Shown here in pieces: positions 8,590 to 17,136 of a stretch of DNA of 64,000 nucleotides. Each line of letters begins with the position of its first letter. The first letter of the stretch is position 1. Where the stretch lies: NCBI GenBank assembly GCA_964646225.1, contig CAZYAD010000003.1, positions 1,894 to 65,893 of the forward strand. Direction: 5' to 3'. The DNA is from an uncultured Oscillospiraceae bacterium. Its GTDB lineage: Bacteria; Bacillota; Clostridia; Oscillospirales; Butyricicoccaceae. The notes beneath the pieces are model-generated. The model saw only the letters and a list, made by a program, of their open reading frames with translations. It did not search any database and was not told where the DNA came from. A program made the position numbers and the translations under genes.

Positions 8590-8630
8590 AAAGCATCCAC
8601 AGGCAGCCGCCTGTGGATGCTTTTTGCTGT
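8590..8630 (+). terminator. Intrinsic terminator of the surface-protein operon
   Basis: GCATCCACAGGC (8593-8604), loop AGCC, GCCTGTGGATGC (8609-8620), followed by TTTTTGCTGTTTT. Confidence 0.85.
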
Positions 8631-8675
8631 TTTCCGGCGCCCTTGCGGCAGCGTCGGCTTTTTCCCCGTACCCTC

Positions 8676-8704
8676 TTGCCAAATGCGTCGGCTTGCGGTA
8701 TAAT
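8676..8704 (+). promoter_or_regulatory. Sigma-70 promoter for the ABC transporter operon
   Basis: TTGCCA (8676-8681), 17 nt spacer, TATAAT (8699-8704). Confidence 0.65.
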
Positions 8705-8711
8705 AAGAACA

Positions 8712-8821
8712 GCCACTTTCGTTTCTGACACCGAAATAGGCATTGAGGTGAAAGATACAGTTGAGCGTTTTTTGGTGTACCCGGAACGGTAACTGCATCT
8801 TTCGGATGTGGTTATTTTTTT
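8712..8821 (+). promoter_or_regulatory. Unclassified 5' leader with terminator/antiterminator alternative (candidate riboswitch or attenuator)
   Basis: Hairpin at 8712-8741. Terminator UAACUGCAUC (8790-8799)/GAUGUGGUUA (8805-8814) followed by U7, ending about 20 nt before the start codon. Upstream GAUACAGUU (8754-8762) is 8/9 complementary to the terminator 5' arm. Confidence 0.5.
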
Positions 8822-8841
8822 ACAACAAAGGAGTACCCAAA

Positions 8842-9903
8842 ATGAAACTGAACAAGCTGCTCTCTCTGCTGCTGGCCGCCCTGCTGGCATTTTCCCTGTG
8901 CGCCTGCGGCTCAGAGCCCGCAAACGACCCCGAAACCCCCGACACGCCCGAGGTGTCCGATCCCGCGCAGCCCGAAGCACCCGCAGAGCCTGAAACGCCG
9001 ACCGAGCCGGAGGTGGACGCGGAGCTGCCGGTGAATATCATGGTGCTCAACGGCACCACCGGCTTCGGCATGGCCAAGCTGATCTCCGATAACGCCAACG
9101 GTCAGACCGCTCTGAATTACAGCATTGCGGTGGAGACCGATGCCAGCAACATCACCGCCGCTCTCATCAACGGCAGCGTGGATATCGCCGCCCTGCCCAC
9201 CAACGCCGCCAGCGTGGTGTACAACAAGACCGAGGGCGCTGTCCAGGCGCTGGCCCTGAATACCCTGGGCGTACTGTATCTGGTGGCCGACAACGGCGAG
9301 AACATCACAGCCCTGTCTGATCTGGAGGGCAAGACCGTCTTTGTTCCTGCTCAGAATCCCACCTTCATCTTCCAGGCTATCTGCTCTGCCGCCGGTGTCA
9401 ATGTGACGGTGGACAACACCTATGCTCAGCCTGCCGATCTGCGTACCGCCGTGGCCGCCGGCGAGGTCAAGCTGGCCGTCCTGCCCGAGCCCATGGTGAC
9501 CATCGCCTGCGCCGGAAACGAGAACCTGACCGTTGCGCTGGATCTCACTGCGCAGTGGGATACCGTTTATCCCGCCGGAAGTCTGGTGCAGGGCTGCGTG
9601 GTGGTGCGCCGTGCCTTTGCGGAGGAGCATCCCGCCGAAGTGGCAAAGTTCCTGGAGGAGTATGAGGCTTCCATCGCCTATCTGTCCGAGGATACCGCTT
9701 CCGCCGCGCAGATGATCGTGGATGCCGGGATCTTTGCCCAGGCCCCCGTGGCCCAGAAGGCCATTCCCAAGTGCAACCTGTGCTTCATCGCCGGTGCCGA
9801 TATGCAAACCGCGCTGGGTGGCTTCCTGGAGACCATGTTCGGCGTGGCCCCCGCCTCTGTGGGCGGTGCCGTCCCCGGTGACGATTTCTACTATATTGGC
9901 TGA
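8842..9903 (+). CDS. ABC transporter substrate-binding lipoprotein, NMT1/THI5-like (NitT/TauT-type)
   Basis: AAGGAG RBS and lipobox LAFSLCAC-G with a Pro/Glu-rich tether. Mature domain VNIMVLNGTTGFGMAKLI... is typical of NMT1-like periplasmic binding proteins. Followed by a cognate permease and ATPase. Confidence 0.8.
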   Translation: MKLNKLLSLLLAALLAFSLCACGSEPANDPETPDTPEVSDPAQPEAPAEPETPTEPEVDAELPVNIMVLNGTTGFGMAKLISDNANGQTALNYSIAVETDASNITAALINGSVDIAALPTNAASVVYNKTEGAVQALALNTLGVLYLVADNGENITALSDLEGKTVFVPAQNPTFIFQAICSAAGVNVTVDNTYAQPADLRTAVAAGEVKLAVLPEPMVTIACAGNENLTVALDLTAQWDTVYPAGSLVQGCVVVRRAFAEEHPAEVAKFLEEYEASIAYLSEDTASAAQMIVDAGIFAQAPVAQKAIPKCNLCFIAGADMQTALGGFLETMFGVAPASVGGAVPGDDFYYIG

Positions 9904-9912
9904 TTGCCGCTG

Positions 9913-9955
9913 AAAGCAGGGAGCATCAGGCCAGGGGCCTTTTGCTCCCTGCTTT
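9913..9955 (+). terminator. Intra-operon hairpin after the binding-protein gene (partial terminator or stabiliser)
   Basis: AAAGCAGGGAGCA (9913-9925)/TGCTCCCTGCTTT (9943-9955), followed by a T-rich tract. Confidence 0.45.
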
Positions 9956-9996
9956 TCCTATTTTTGACAAATTACTGACCAAAAGGAGATGATTTG

Positions 9997-10761
9997 GTGA
10001 AGCATTCCAAGCTGCTGCGCGGCATCGGCGTGGCCGCCTTCTGGCTGCTGGTGTGGCAGGGCCTGTCCATGGCGGTGGATCAGGCGCTGCTGCTGCCCGG
10101 CCCCTGGCCGGTGCTCCGGCGTCTGCTGGAGCTGGCCCGCACCGGCCGGTTCTGGCTGATCTCCTGCACCAGCCTGCTGCGCATCCTGGCAGGCATCGCT
10201 CTGGCCGTGCTGCTGGGAGTGCTGCTGGCGGCCCTTTGCTGCCGCTGGCCCGCACTGAACGCCCTGTGCGCGCCGCTGCTCACCATGATCAAGTCCACCC
10301 CCGTGGCCTCCTTCATCCTGCTGCTCATTCTGTGGGTGGGGCGGGATGTGCTCCCGGCGGTGGTGGTCATCCTGATGGCCCTGCCGGTGATTTGGGGCAA
10401 TGTGTCCGCCGGTATCCGCAATGTGGACCCTATGCTGCTGCGCACAGCCCGGGTCTTTTGCTTTTCGCCCCTGCGCACCCTGCGCCGGGTGTGGATACCG
10501 GCTGTGGCGCCCTATTTCCTTTCGGCCTGCCGCACGGCCATGGGCCTTGCGTGGAAGGCCGGCGTGGCCGCGGAGGTGCTCACCGTCCCCGCCGTATCCA
10601 TCGGGCGGCAGCTCTCAGAGTCCAAGCAGTATATGGAGACCTGTGACCTGTTCGCATGGACGGTGGTGGTGGTGCTTTGCAGCCTGCTCATCGAAAGGGT
10701 GCTGATGACCGCGATGGGGCGGCTGGGCCGTGCCTTTCACCGGGAAGGCGGTGGCCTATGA
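9997..10761 (+). CDS. ABC transporter permease (BPD-type inner membrane component)
   Basis: GGAG 8 nt upstream of GTG 9997 (TTG 9994 is the alternative). Multi-pass hydrophobic protein with the conserved cytoplasmic loop region ...ARVFCFSPLRTLRRVWIPAVAPY... ATGA overlap with the downstream ATPase. Confidence 0.8.
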   Translation: MKHSKLLRGIGVAAFWLLVWQGLSMAVDQALLLPGPWPVLRRLLELARTGRFWLISCTSLLRILAGIALAVLLGVLLAALCCRWPALNALCAPLLTMIKSTPVASFILLLILWVGRDVLPAVVVILMALPVIWGNVSAGIRNVDPMLLRTARVFCFSPLRTLRRVWIPAVAPYFLSACRTAMGLAWKAGVAAEVLTVPAVSIGRQLSESKQYMETCDLFAWTVVVVLCSLLIERVLMTAMGRLGRAFHREGGGL

Positions 10762-11342
10762 TTCGAGCCGAAAGCCTGTGCGTTGCCTATGGCGGGCAGC
10801 GGGTACTGCGGGACTGCACGCTGGAGCTGGAGGCAGGGGAGCGGGTCGCCCTGATGGGCCCCTCCGGCTGCGGAAAGACCACCCTGCTTCAGGTGCTGGC
10901 CGGGCTGCTGCCTCCCGACAGCGGCCGGTTTGCCGTAAAGGGCAGGGTCAGCTATGTGTTCCAGGAGCCGGCCCTCTTTCCCTGGCTCACCGCCGCTCAG
11001 AACATCAATGTGGTGCTATCCGACCGGCCGGAGACCCTTTCCCGGGCGCTGTCCCTGCTGGACGCACTGGAGCTGGCCGACTGCCGGGACAAATATCCCG
11101 CCCAGCTTTCCGGCGGGCAAAAGCAGCGGGTGTCCATCGCCCGGGCGCTGGCCTTTGGTGGCGATGTGCTGCTGCTGGACGAGCCTCTGAAGGGGCTGGA
11201 TCCGGCCGTCCGGGAAAAGGCCGCCGCCCTCATCCTGCAGGAGTGGGCAGGGAAGACCCTGCTACTGGTGACCCATGATCCTGCCGAGGCGGCGCTGCTG
11301 TGTACCCGCACCCTCCGGTTTTCCGGCGGCAGCTTTGTCTGA
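10758..11342 (+). CDS. ABC transporter ATP-binding protein
   Basis: Start at MIRAESL (ATG 10758). Walker A GPSGCGKTT, signature LSGGQKQRVSIARAL, Walker B LLLDEP. Confidence 0.9.
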   Translation: MIRAESLCVAYGGQRVLRDCTLELEAGERVALMGPSGCGKTTLLQVLAGLLPPDSGRFAVKGRVSYVFQEPALFPWLTAAQNINVVLSDRPETLSRALSLLDALELADCRDKYPAQLSGGQKQRVSIARALAFGGDVLLLDEPLKGLDPAVREKAAALILQEWAGKTLLLVTHDPAEAALLCTRTLRFSGGSFV

Positions 11343-11366
11343 AACACAGTCCGATACAAAAACTGA

Positions 11367-11396
11367 GCGGCGCGTTCCGAAAGGAACGCGCCGCTT
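11367..11396. terminator. Bidirectional intrinsic terminator between convergent genes
   Basis: AGCGGCGCGTTCC, GAAA loop, GGAACGCGCCGCT. Confidence 0.7.
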
Positions 11397-11438
11397 CGGC
11401 TTGTCTAATTGTTTCATGCTGGCGGGAAGTCCGGGTCG

Positions 11439-13205
11439 TTATGCCATCTGATCCACCAGCGCACCCAGCTGGTCGCACAGCTCCTGCGCCCGGACGCAGT
11501 CCTCGGTCAGCAGACATTGAGTAATGCGGCGCTCCAGCTCCTGCTTTTGCTGCTCCAGCAGCAAAAGCTCCCGGTCAAAATGCCGCCGGTAGATCCGCTT
11601 GCGAAAGGCCCGCGAGCTCATGGGGCGCACCGTGCCCCCCTCTGCCAGCAGCACCCGCTGGGCGCAGCGGGCCACGGTGTAATAGTCGTGGGACACCATC
11701 AGCACCGCCCCCGGCCAGTTGGCCAGCGCCTCCTCCAGCGCCCGCTGGGCAAAGGTATCCAGATGGCTGGAGGGCTCATCCAGCAGCAGCAGGTCGGCCT
11801 CGCCCAGCGCCAGCAGTGCCAGCTGCAAAAGATTGCGCTCGCCGCCGGAAAGCTGCTCGGCCTGCTGCCCCAGCAGCTCCGGCGCAAAGCCGTAACCCGC
11901 CAGATATTGCGAGATCTCCTCCCGGGTGGAAAGTCCGGCACGGAAGAAGGTGTCCCAGACGGTGTCCTCCCGGTGAAACACCTCCTGATGCAGCTGGGAG
12001 AACTGCTTCATCCGGACGCCCGGCGCCAGCAGAATCTCCGGGCCGCCCTGCCGGATGGCCCGCAGCAGGGTGGACTTGCCCGAGCCGTTGGGCCCCACCA
12101 GTGCCACCTTTTCTCCGGGCAGCAGGGAAAAGGTGACATCTTTCAGCAGCGTCCCGCCGTCAAAGATCAGCGAAAGCCCCTCCACTGTCAGCAGCGGCTG
12201 CTCCCCCTGCACCAGCTCGGCCCGGGGCAGCGCGATCTCCGGCTGCCGGGCCTCCACATACGGAGCCTGGCTCTGCCGCGCCAGCAGCCGGTTCAGTTGG
12301 CTCACCTTACCCTTCAATACCCGCCCCTTCTGGGGAGAGATCACCTGGGTAGCATCGTCCCGCAGCCGCTCCACCAGCGCTTCCAGCCGCCGCACCTCCC
12401 GGGCGTCCTCCCGGGAGGTCAGCTGCCGGTTCAGCTTGGCCTGGAGCCGATAGTGGTCATAGGCGGGGAAGCTGCCGTCGTACTCGGCCAGCTCACCGTT
12501 TTCCAGATGCCAGATCTTATCAAAGCAGTGGTTCAGCAGCCAGCGGCTGTGGGTTACCACCAGCAGTGTATCCGGGTAGTGGTCTATGAGCTCTGCCAAC
12601 GCAGACAGGTTGTCAAAATCCAGAAACACATCAGGCTCGTCCATCACCAGCAGCGCCGGACGGCGCAGCATCTGCCGGATGATCTGCACCAGCTTATACT
12701 CGCCGCCGGAAAGCTGCTCCAGCCGCAGCGCGGCCTTGTCACTGAGCCCCGCCTGAAACAGCTGCCGGGCGATGCTGCTTTCACAGCTGTCGGCATCCAC
12801 CGCCTGACTCTCGTCCAGCAGCTGCTGATACCGCTCCAGCAGCGGCTCCGGATCGGCAGCCTCTGCCAGCTGCTGACAGACCTCCTCGATTTCCAGCCGC
12901 AGGCGGTCAAAGTCGGCCATCAGGTACTGCTGCACGGTGCAGCCGACCTCGGCCTCCTCCCGGGGGAGAAATTGCCGTACCACCCCCACCCGACCGGCGG
13001 TCTCCAGCCGCAGCGTCCCTTCATAGGTAAAGCGCTGGGGCTCCAGCAGCAGCCGGGTCAGGGAGGTCTTGCCGGAGCCATTGCTGCCGATCAGGGCGCA
13101 GTGCCGCCCGGTCTCCAGCGTAAAGCTCAAATGCTGAAACAGCTCCCGCTGTGGAAAGCCAAAGGACAGGTCGTTGGCCTGGATCATCAGGGCATCCTCG
13201 ATCAT
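11439..13205 (-). CDS. ABC-F family ATPase (two fused ABC domains, no membrane domain)
   Basis: Start at MIEDALMIQ (ATG 13205) with a GGAAGAAG SD. Two Walker A motifs (GSNGSGKTS, GPNGSGKST) and two signatures (LSGGEYK, LSGGERN) separated by a charged linker. An in-frame upstream ATG at 13268 is possible. Confidence 0.85.
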   Translation of the reverse strand: MIEDALMIQANDLSFGFPQRELFQHLSFTLETGRHCALIGSNGSGKTSLTRLLLEPQRFTYEGTLRLETAGRVGVVRQFLPREEAEVGCTVQQYLMADFDRLRLEIEEVCQQLAEAADPEPLLERYQQLLDESQAVDADSCESSIARQLFQAGLSDKAALRLEQLSGGEYKLVQIIRQMLRRPALLVMDEPDVFLDFDNLSALAELIDHYPDTLLVVTHSRWLLNHCFDKIWHLENGELAEYDGSFPAYDHYRLQAKLNRQLTSREDAREVRRLEALVERLRDDATQVISPQKGRVLKGKVSQLNRLLARQSQAPYVEARQPEIALPRAELVQGEQPLLTVEGLSLIFDGGTLLKDVTFSLLPGEKVALVGPNGSGKSTLLRAIRQGGPEILLAPGVRMKQFSQLHQEVFHREDTVWDTFFRAGLSTREEISQYLAGYGFAPELLGQQAEQLSGGERNLLQLALLALGEADLLLLDEPSSHLDTFAQRALEEALANWPGAVLMVSHDYYTVARCAQRVLLAEGGTVRPMSSRAFRKRIYRRHFDRELLLLEQQKQELERRITQCLLTEDCVRAQELCDQLGALVDQMA

Positions 13206-13366
13206 TGCGTTCTTCTTCCTTTTCCTGTATTGGGGTCGTGGCCGCCCCGGCGGGGCACGGCCGTTCATCTTTTCAATTATAGCACATCGGCGGCCGGATG
13301 AAAAGCAGAATGGCACATTTTGCGGCAAAACCGGGCATTTTCCGGCAAACAGGCTCGTCAATATGC

Positions 13367-13405
13367 AGAAAAGCGTGCCGCAGAGCAAGACTCTCCGCGG
13401 CACGC
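13367..13405 (-). terminator. Intrinsic terminator downstream of the clpE-like gene
   Basis: Minus strand reads GCGTGCCGC, 15-nt loop, GCGGCACGC, followed by TTTTCTGC. Confidence 0.7.
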
Positions 13406-13422
13406 CGACTTTTGTCTGTTTG

Positions 13423-15891
13423 TTATGCCTGTGCGGCCTCCACGACGATCCGGCCCTCCCGGACAAGGGCGTGCAGCCCGGTGACCGGATGCTGCCAGGA
13501 GTCCAGCAGCAGCCCGGCGGCAGGATCCTCCACCTGCTTTTCGATGAGCCGCCGCAGGTTGCGGGCGCCGTATTTCACCGAGTAACTTTCCTCTGCCAGC
13601 CGGACGGGCACCGCCTCGTCCCAGGTCAGCGTCACGCCGGTGCGGGCGACCCCGGCCTTCAGCTCCTCCAGCAGCAGCACGGCGATGGCGGCGAAATCCT
13701 CCCGGGTCAGCTGATTGAAGGAGATCACCTCGTCCACCCGGTTGAGGAACTCCGGACGCATCAGCTCCGAAAGGGCCTTCATGGCCTTTTCACGACCCTG
13801 CTGGGTCAGCGTATTGCCAAAGCCCACCGCACCGTCCCGCCGGTCGGAGCCGGCGTTGGAGGTCATGATGATGACGGTGTTTTCAAAGTTGACCCGGCGG
13901 CCCTGGGCATCGGTAACATGGCCGTCATCCAGAATTTGCAGCAGGGTGTTCAGCACATCGGGATGGGCCTTTTCGATCTCGTCGAACAGCACCACGCTGT
14001 AGGGACGGCGGCGCACCTTTTCGGTGAGCTGCCCGGCCTCGTCATACCCCACATAGCCGGGAGGGGCGCCGATGAGCCGGGAAACGCTGTGCTTCTCCAT
14101 ATATTCGCTCATGTCCAGCCGGATGAGAGCATCCTCCGTATCGAACAGGTCGGCGGCCAGCCGCTTTACCAGCTCGGTCTTGCCCACGCCGGTGGGGCCT
14201 ACAAAGATGAAGGAGATGGGCTTGCGCTTTTCGCTGATGCCCGCCCTCCGGCGGCGAATGGCGGCGGAGACGGCGTCTACCGCCTCGTCCTGTCCGATGA
14301 CCCGACTTTTCAGCCGGTCGGCCAGCGCTTGTAGCCGGAGGAAATCCTGCTCCTGCACCTTGCTGGCGGGGATCTTTGTCCACAGCTCGATGACCCGGGC
14401 CAGATCGTCCAGCCCTACCTGGGGGACAGGCAGACGACGCAGCTCATCGGCCTCGGCCTGCAATTGCAGCAGACGGGAGCGGTTTTGGGCGATCTGCTCA
14501 AAATCCTGCTCCTGAGCGCTTTCCAGCTCGCTCTGTCGCTGGGTGAGACCGTCCATCTCTTTTTGCAGCACAGGCAGACGGCTCAGGGCAGGGGAGCGGA
14601 GGTTGACATCGGAGCAGGCTTCGTCCAGCAGATCGATGGCCTTGTCGGGCATGAACCGGTCGTTGATGTACCGGTTGGCCAGATACACTGCCTGCACCAG
14701 CACCTGATCGGGGATCTGTACCCCATGAAAGGCCTCGTAATACCCCTTGACGCCCCGGAGGATATCCTCGGTCTCGGCAGTGGTGGGCTCGCTGATGGTC
14801 ACCGGCTGGAACCGCCGCTCCAGGGCGGCGTCCTTTTCAATATACTTCCGGTATTCCTTGAAGGTGGTGGCGCCGATCACCTGGATCTCGCCCCGGGACA
14901 GGGCGGGCTTGAGGATGTTGGCGGCGTTCATGCTGCCCTCCGCGTCTCCGGCCCCCACCAGATTGTGTACCTCGTCAATGACAAGGATGATGTTGCCCAG
15001 AGCCTTGACCTCCTGGATCAGGCCCTTCATGCGGCTTTCGAACTGGCCGCGGAACTGCGTTCCGGCCACCATGGCGGTCATATCCAGCAGCCAGACCTCT
15101 TTGTCCAGCAGCTTGGCGGGCACCTGTCCGGCGGCAATCTTCTGGGCCAGACCTTCGGCCACGGCGGTTTTACCCACGCCGGGCTCACCGATAAGGCAGG
15201 GGTTGTTCTTCTGGCGGCGGTTGAGGATCTGGATCACCCGCAGGGTCTCGCTCTCACGGCCCACCACCCGGTCCAGCTTGCCATCCCGGGCCCGCGCGGT
15301 GAGATCCATGGCGTAATTGGAGAGGAACTTCTTCTTGTTCTTGCCCTTTTCATGGGGCTTTCCGGCGGGAGCGCCCTGCGACGCGCCGTTTTCCCGGTCG
15401 GCATTATTCTGGGGCTGCCCGGGGCGGAACACCCGGAACAGCGGCAGCACCGACATCCGGGAAAAGGGCTCCGCCGGGTCGCCGCTGCCTTCGCCCTCCT
15501 CACTGTCGGACGCATCGTCGCTCCGGTCGCCGTCGTCCTCCTCCGGGGATTTCTCCTCTGCGGCGGAAAGCTGCTTCACCAGATTGGATAGATCATCGGT
15601 CAGCGACTCCAGCGCAGGGCCGGAGAGCAGCTCCAGGCCGTTTTTCCGGGCCAGCTCCTCTGCCTGTCGGCCCAGCTCGGCCAGCGCCTCCGGAGAGGGG
15701 CCTTCGCCGTCGCCAGAGCGGAACAGCTCCTCCAGAAATTGCCTGGAAAGCTGGGGCAGCAGTCCCAACTCCCCGGCGCATTCGGCACACAGCCCTGTCC
15801 GGGTGGATGTGCCATTTTCGGTTTTATGGATAAAAAAACAGGCAGGCCGCTTTTTACAGCGGGAGCAAAGGGTGGTTTCCTGATGATCCAT
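13423..15891 (-). CDS. clpE: Class-I Clp/Hsp100 AAA+ ATPase with N-terminal zinc ribbon (ClpE-type)
   Basis: GGAGG RBS. N-terminus CSRCKKRPA...CAECAG (CxxC...CxxC) replaces the Clp_N repeats and is followed by an acidic linker. D1 [10 protein letters not shown]2 GPTGVGKTE, and a ClpP-docking-like loop GAVGFG. Confidence 0.85.
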   Translation of the reverse strand: MDHQETTLCSRCKKRPACFFIHKTENGTSTRTGLCAECAGELGLLPQLSRQFLEELFRSGDGEGPSPEALAELGRQAEELARKNGLELLSGPALESLTDDLSNLVKQLSAAEEKSPEEDDGDRSDDASDSEEGEGSGDPAEPFSRMSVLPLFRVFRPGQPQNNADRENGASQGAPAGKPHEKGKNKKKFLSNYAMDLTARARDGKLDRVVGRESETLRVIQILNRRQKNNPCLIGEPGVGKTAVAEGLAQKIAAGQVPAKLLDKEVWLLDMTAMVAGTQFRGQFESRMKGLIQEVKALGNIILVIDEVHNLVGAGDAEGSMNAANILKPALSRGEIQVIGATTFKEYRKYIEKDAALERRFQPVTISEPTTAETEDILRGVKGYYEAFHGVQIPDQVLVQAVYLANRYINDRFMPDKAIDLLDEACSDVNLRSPALSRLPVLQKEMDGLTQRQSELESAQEQDFEQIAQNRSRLLQLQAEADELRRLPVPQVGLDDLARVIELWTKIPASKVQEQDFLRLQALADRLKSRVIGQDEAVDAVSAAIRRRRAGISEKRKPISFIFVGPTGVGKTELVKRLAADLFDTEDALIRLDMSEYMEKHSVSRLIGAPPGYVGYDEAGQLTEKVRRRPYSVVLFDEIEKAHPDVLNTLLQILDDGHVTDAQGRRVNFENTVIIMTSNAGSDRRDGAVGFGNTLTQQGREKAMKALSELMRPEFLNRVDEVISFNQLTREDFAAIAVLLLEELKAGVARTGVTLTWDEAVPVRLAEESYSVKYGARNLRRLIEKQVEDPAAGLLLDSWQHPVTGLHALVREGRIVVEAAQA

Positions 15892-15894
15892 GGG

Positions 15895-16464
15895 TTATTC
15901 CTCCGTTTCGGTTTGGTGGCTCCGGTTCAGCCGCAGGCCGTTCAACACATAGCTGACAAAGGCGGCCACGATGGTCAGATAGGAAGCGGCCAGCAGCGCG
16001 GCTTTGACGGCGGGCGACGGCGTAAACAGCGTCAGCGCCACGATGGTGACATAAAAAAGGAAGGTGCCGGCCTTACCCAACAGGTTGGAGGCAGGCATAT
16101 CCCGGATGCGGCGCATCAGCAAAAAGCCGCATACGCCCTGGGCCAGCTCCTTGCCCAGATAGAGCAGCATCAGCCACAGGGGCAGCACGCTGGCTCTGGT
16201 CAGACAGATCAGCGCGGAAAAGACCATCAGCTTGTCAGCCAGGGGATCCAGAATGCGTCCCCACACGGTGACCTGCCCGCAGTGCCGGGCGATATAGCCG
16301 TCCACCACATCAGTGGCTCCGGCGGACAAAAAGACCAGAATGGCCCAGACGCGATGTCCGCGGAACTCCGCAAAGAAGCACCACACAAAAAGCGGCACCA
16401 GCGCGATGCGCACCAGAGACAGCAGATTGGGAACGGTCCAGAAGCGTTTTTCGGACTTCTGCAT
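15895..16464 (-). CDS. pgsA: CDP-diacylglycerol--glycerol-3-phosphate 3-phosphatidyltransferase
   Basis: ATG at 16464, 8 nt after AAGGAG. CDP-alcohol phosphatidyltransferase motif DVVDGYIARHCGQVTVWGRILDPLADK. Confidence 0.85.
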   Translation of the reverse strand: MQKSEKRFWTVPNLLSLVRIALVPLFVWCFFAEFRGHRVWAILVFLSAGATDVVDGYIARHCGQVTVWGRILDPLADKLMVFSALICLTRASVLPLWLMLLYLGKELAQGVCGFLLMRRIRDMPASNLLGKAGTFLFYVTIVALTLFTPSPAVKAALLAASYLTIVAAFVSYVLNGLRLNRSHQTETEE

Positions 16465-16491
16465 GATCGACACTCCTTGTATTATCTAATT

Positions 16492-17136
16492 CTATAGCAT
16501 GGGGGAAAGCAGACGGGCCGCCAGCCCGCCCAGCAGGCTTTCCCGCAGAAATGGCCGGCTCAGCAGACCCACCGGCTCCTCCGGCGCAAACCGCAGCACG
16601 GCCCAGCACAGTGCCAGCACCAAGATACATCCGGCCAGCGCCCCCAGCAGTCCGCCGGCCAGCCGGTTCAGGTCGCTGAACAGGGGAATATCCAGATCCA
16701 GCAAAAGGCACAGCAGCTTGATGACCAGCTTGGTGGCCAGAAACAGCAGCAAAAATGCCAGAATGGGTGCCAGCGACCGGGTGAGGGCCTGGGCCAGCGC
16801 GTCCAGCGCGGTCTGATACAGCTGGCTCATTTTGTCGGTGACGGCCTCGGCCTGCCGGGCCAGCTCGGCCAGCGCAGAGTCCCCGGAAAGGCCGGTAAAG
16901 GCCGAAGCCCCGGCCTTTTCGGCCAGCACCCGAAGAGGCGGCTCCAGCAGCGGCTCCAGCAGAGGCGCCAGAGCGTCCTGAAACCGGCTGCCCACCAGCA
17001 GCCCCAGCAGCGTCCCCAGAATGCCGGAAACCGCCCGGAAGGCTCCCCGCTTTGCCGCCGCCCGGATACAGACGATCAGCAGCAGGACAAACAGCACATC
17101 CCACCAATAAGGTTGGTCAAAAACAGTCAGGTTCAT
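16492..17136 (-). CDS. cvpA: CvpA-family membrane protein
   Basis: Four-helix hydrophobic protein with a WWDVLFVLLLIV... N-terminus typical of colicin V production protein family members. ATGA overlap with the upstream gene. Confidence 0.6.
   Translation of the reverse strand: MNLTVFDQPYWWDVLFVLLLIVCIRAAAKRGAFRAVSGILGTLLGLLVGSRFQDALAPLLEPLLEPPLRVLAEKAGASAFTGLSGDSALAELARQAEAVTDKMSQLYQTALDALAQALTRSLAPILAFLLLFLATKLVIKLLCLLLDLDIPLFSDLNRLAGGLLGALAGCILVLALCWAVLRFAPEEPVGLLSRPFLRESLLGGLAARLLSPML

Noticed and set aside
3400-8682. Very long minus-strand ORFs (738 aa at 3400-5616 and 1006 aa at 5662-8682) antisense to the giant surface-protein gene
   Set aside because: Their translations are Gly/Arg/Ala/Val/His-rich low-complexity sequence with no motifs, SD or signal sequence. 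They mirror a plus-strand ORF that has clear domain architecture. Stop-poor antisense frames are expected at this G+C content.
8705-8841. TPP (or guanidine-I, ZTP, SAM) riboswitch upstream of the NMT1/THI5-like binding protein
   Set aside because: I searched by eye for the hallmark cores (CUGAGA...ACCUGAUCUGGAUAAUGCCAGCG for TPP, CUAGGG...GGUCCGAGAG for ykkC, and others) and found none. The leader is kept only as an unclassified attenuator candidate.
11409-13301. 630-aa plus-strand ORF over the ABC-F gene, and similar plus-strand ORFs over the clpE, ecf and arg genes
   Set aside because: These are GC-driven shadow ORFs. The opposite strand carries Walker, signature and other catalytic motifs in each case.
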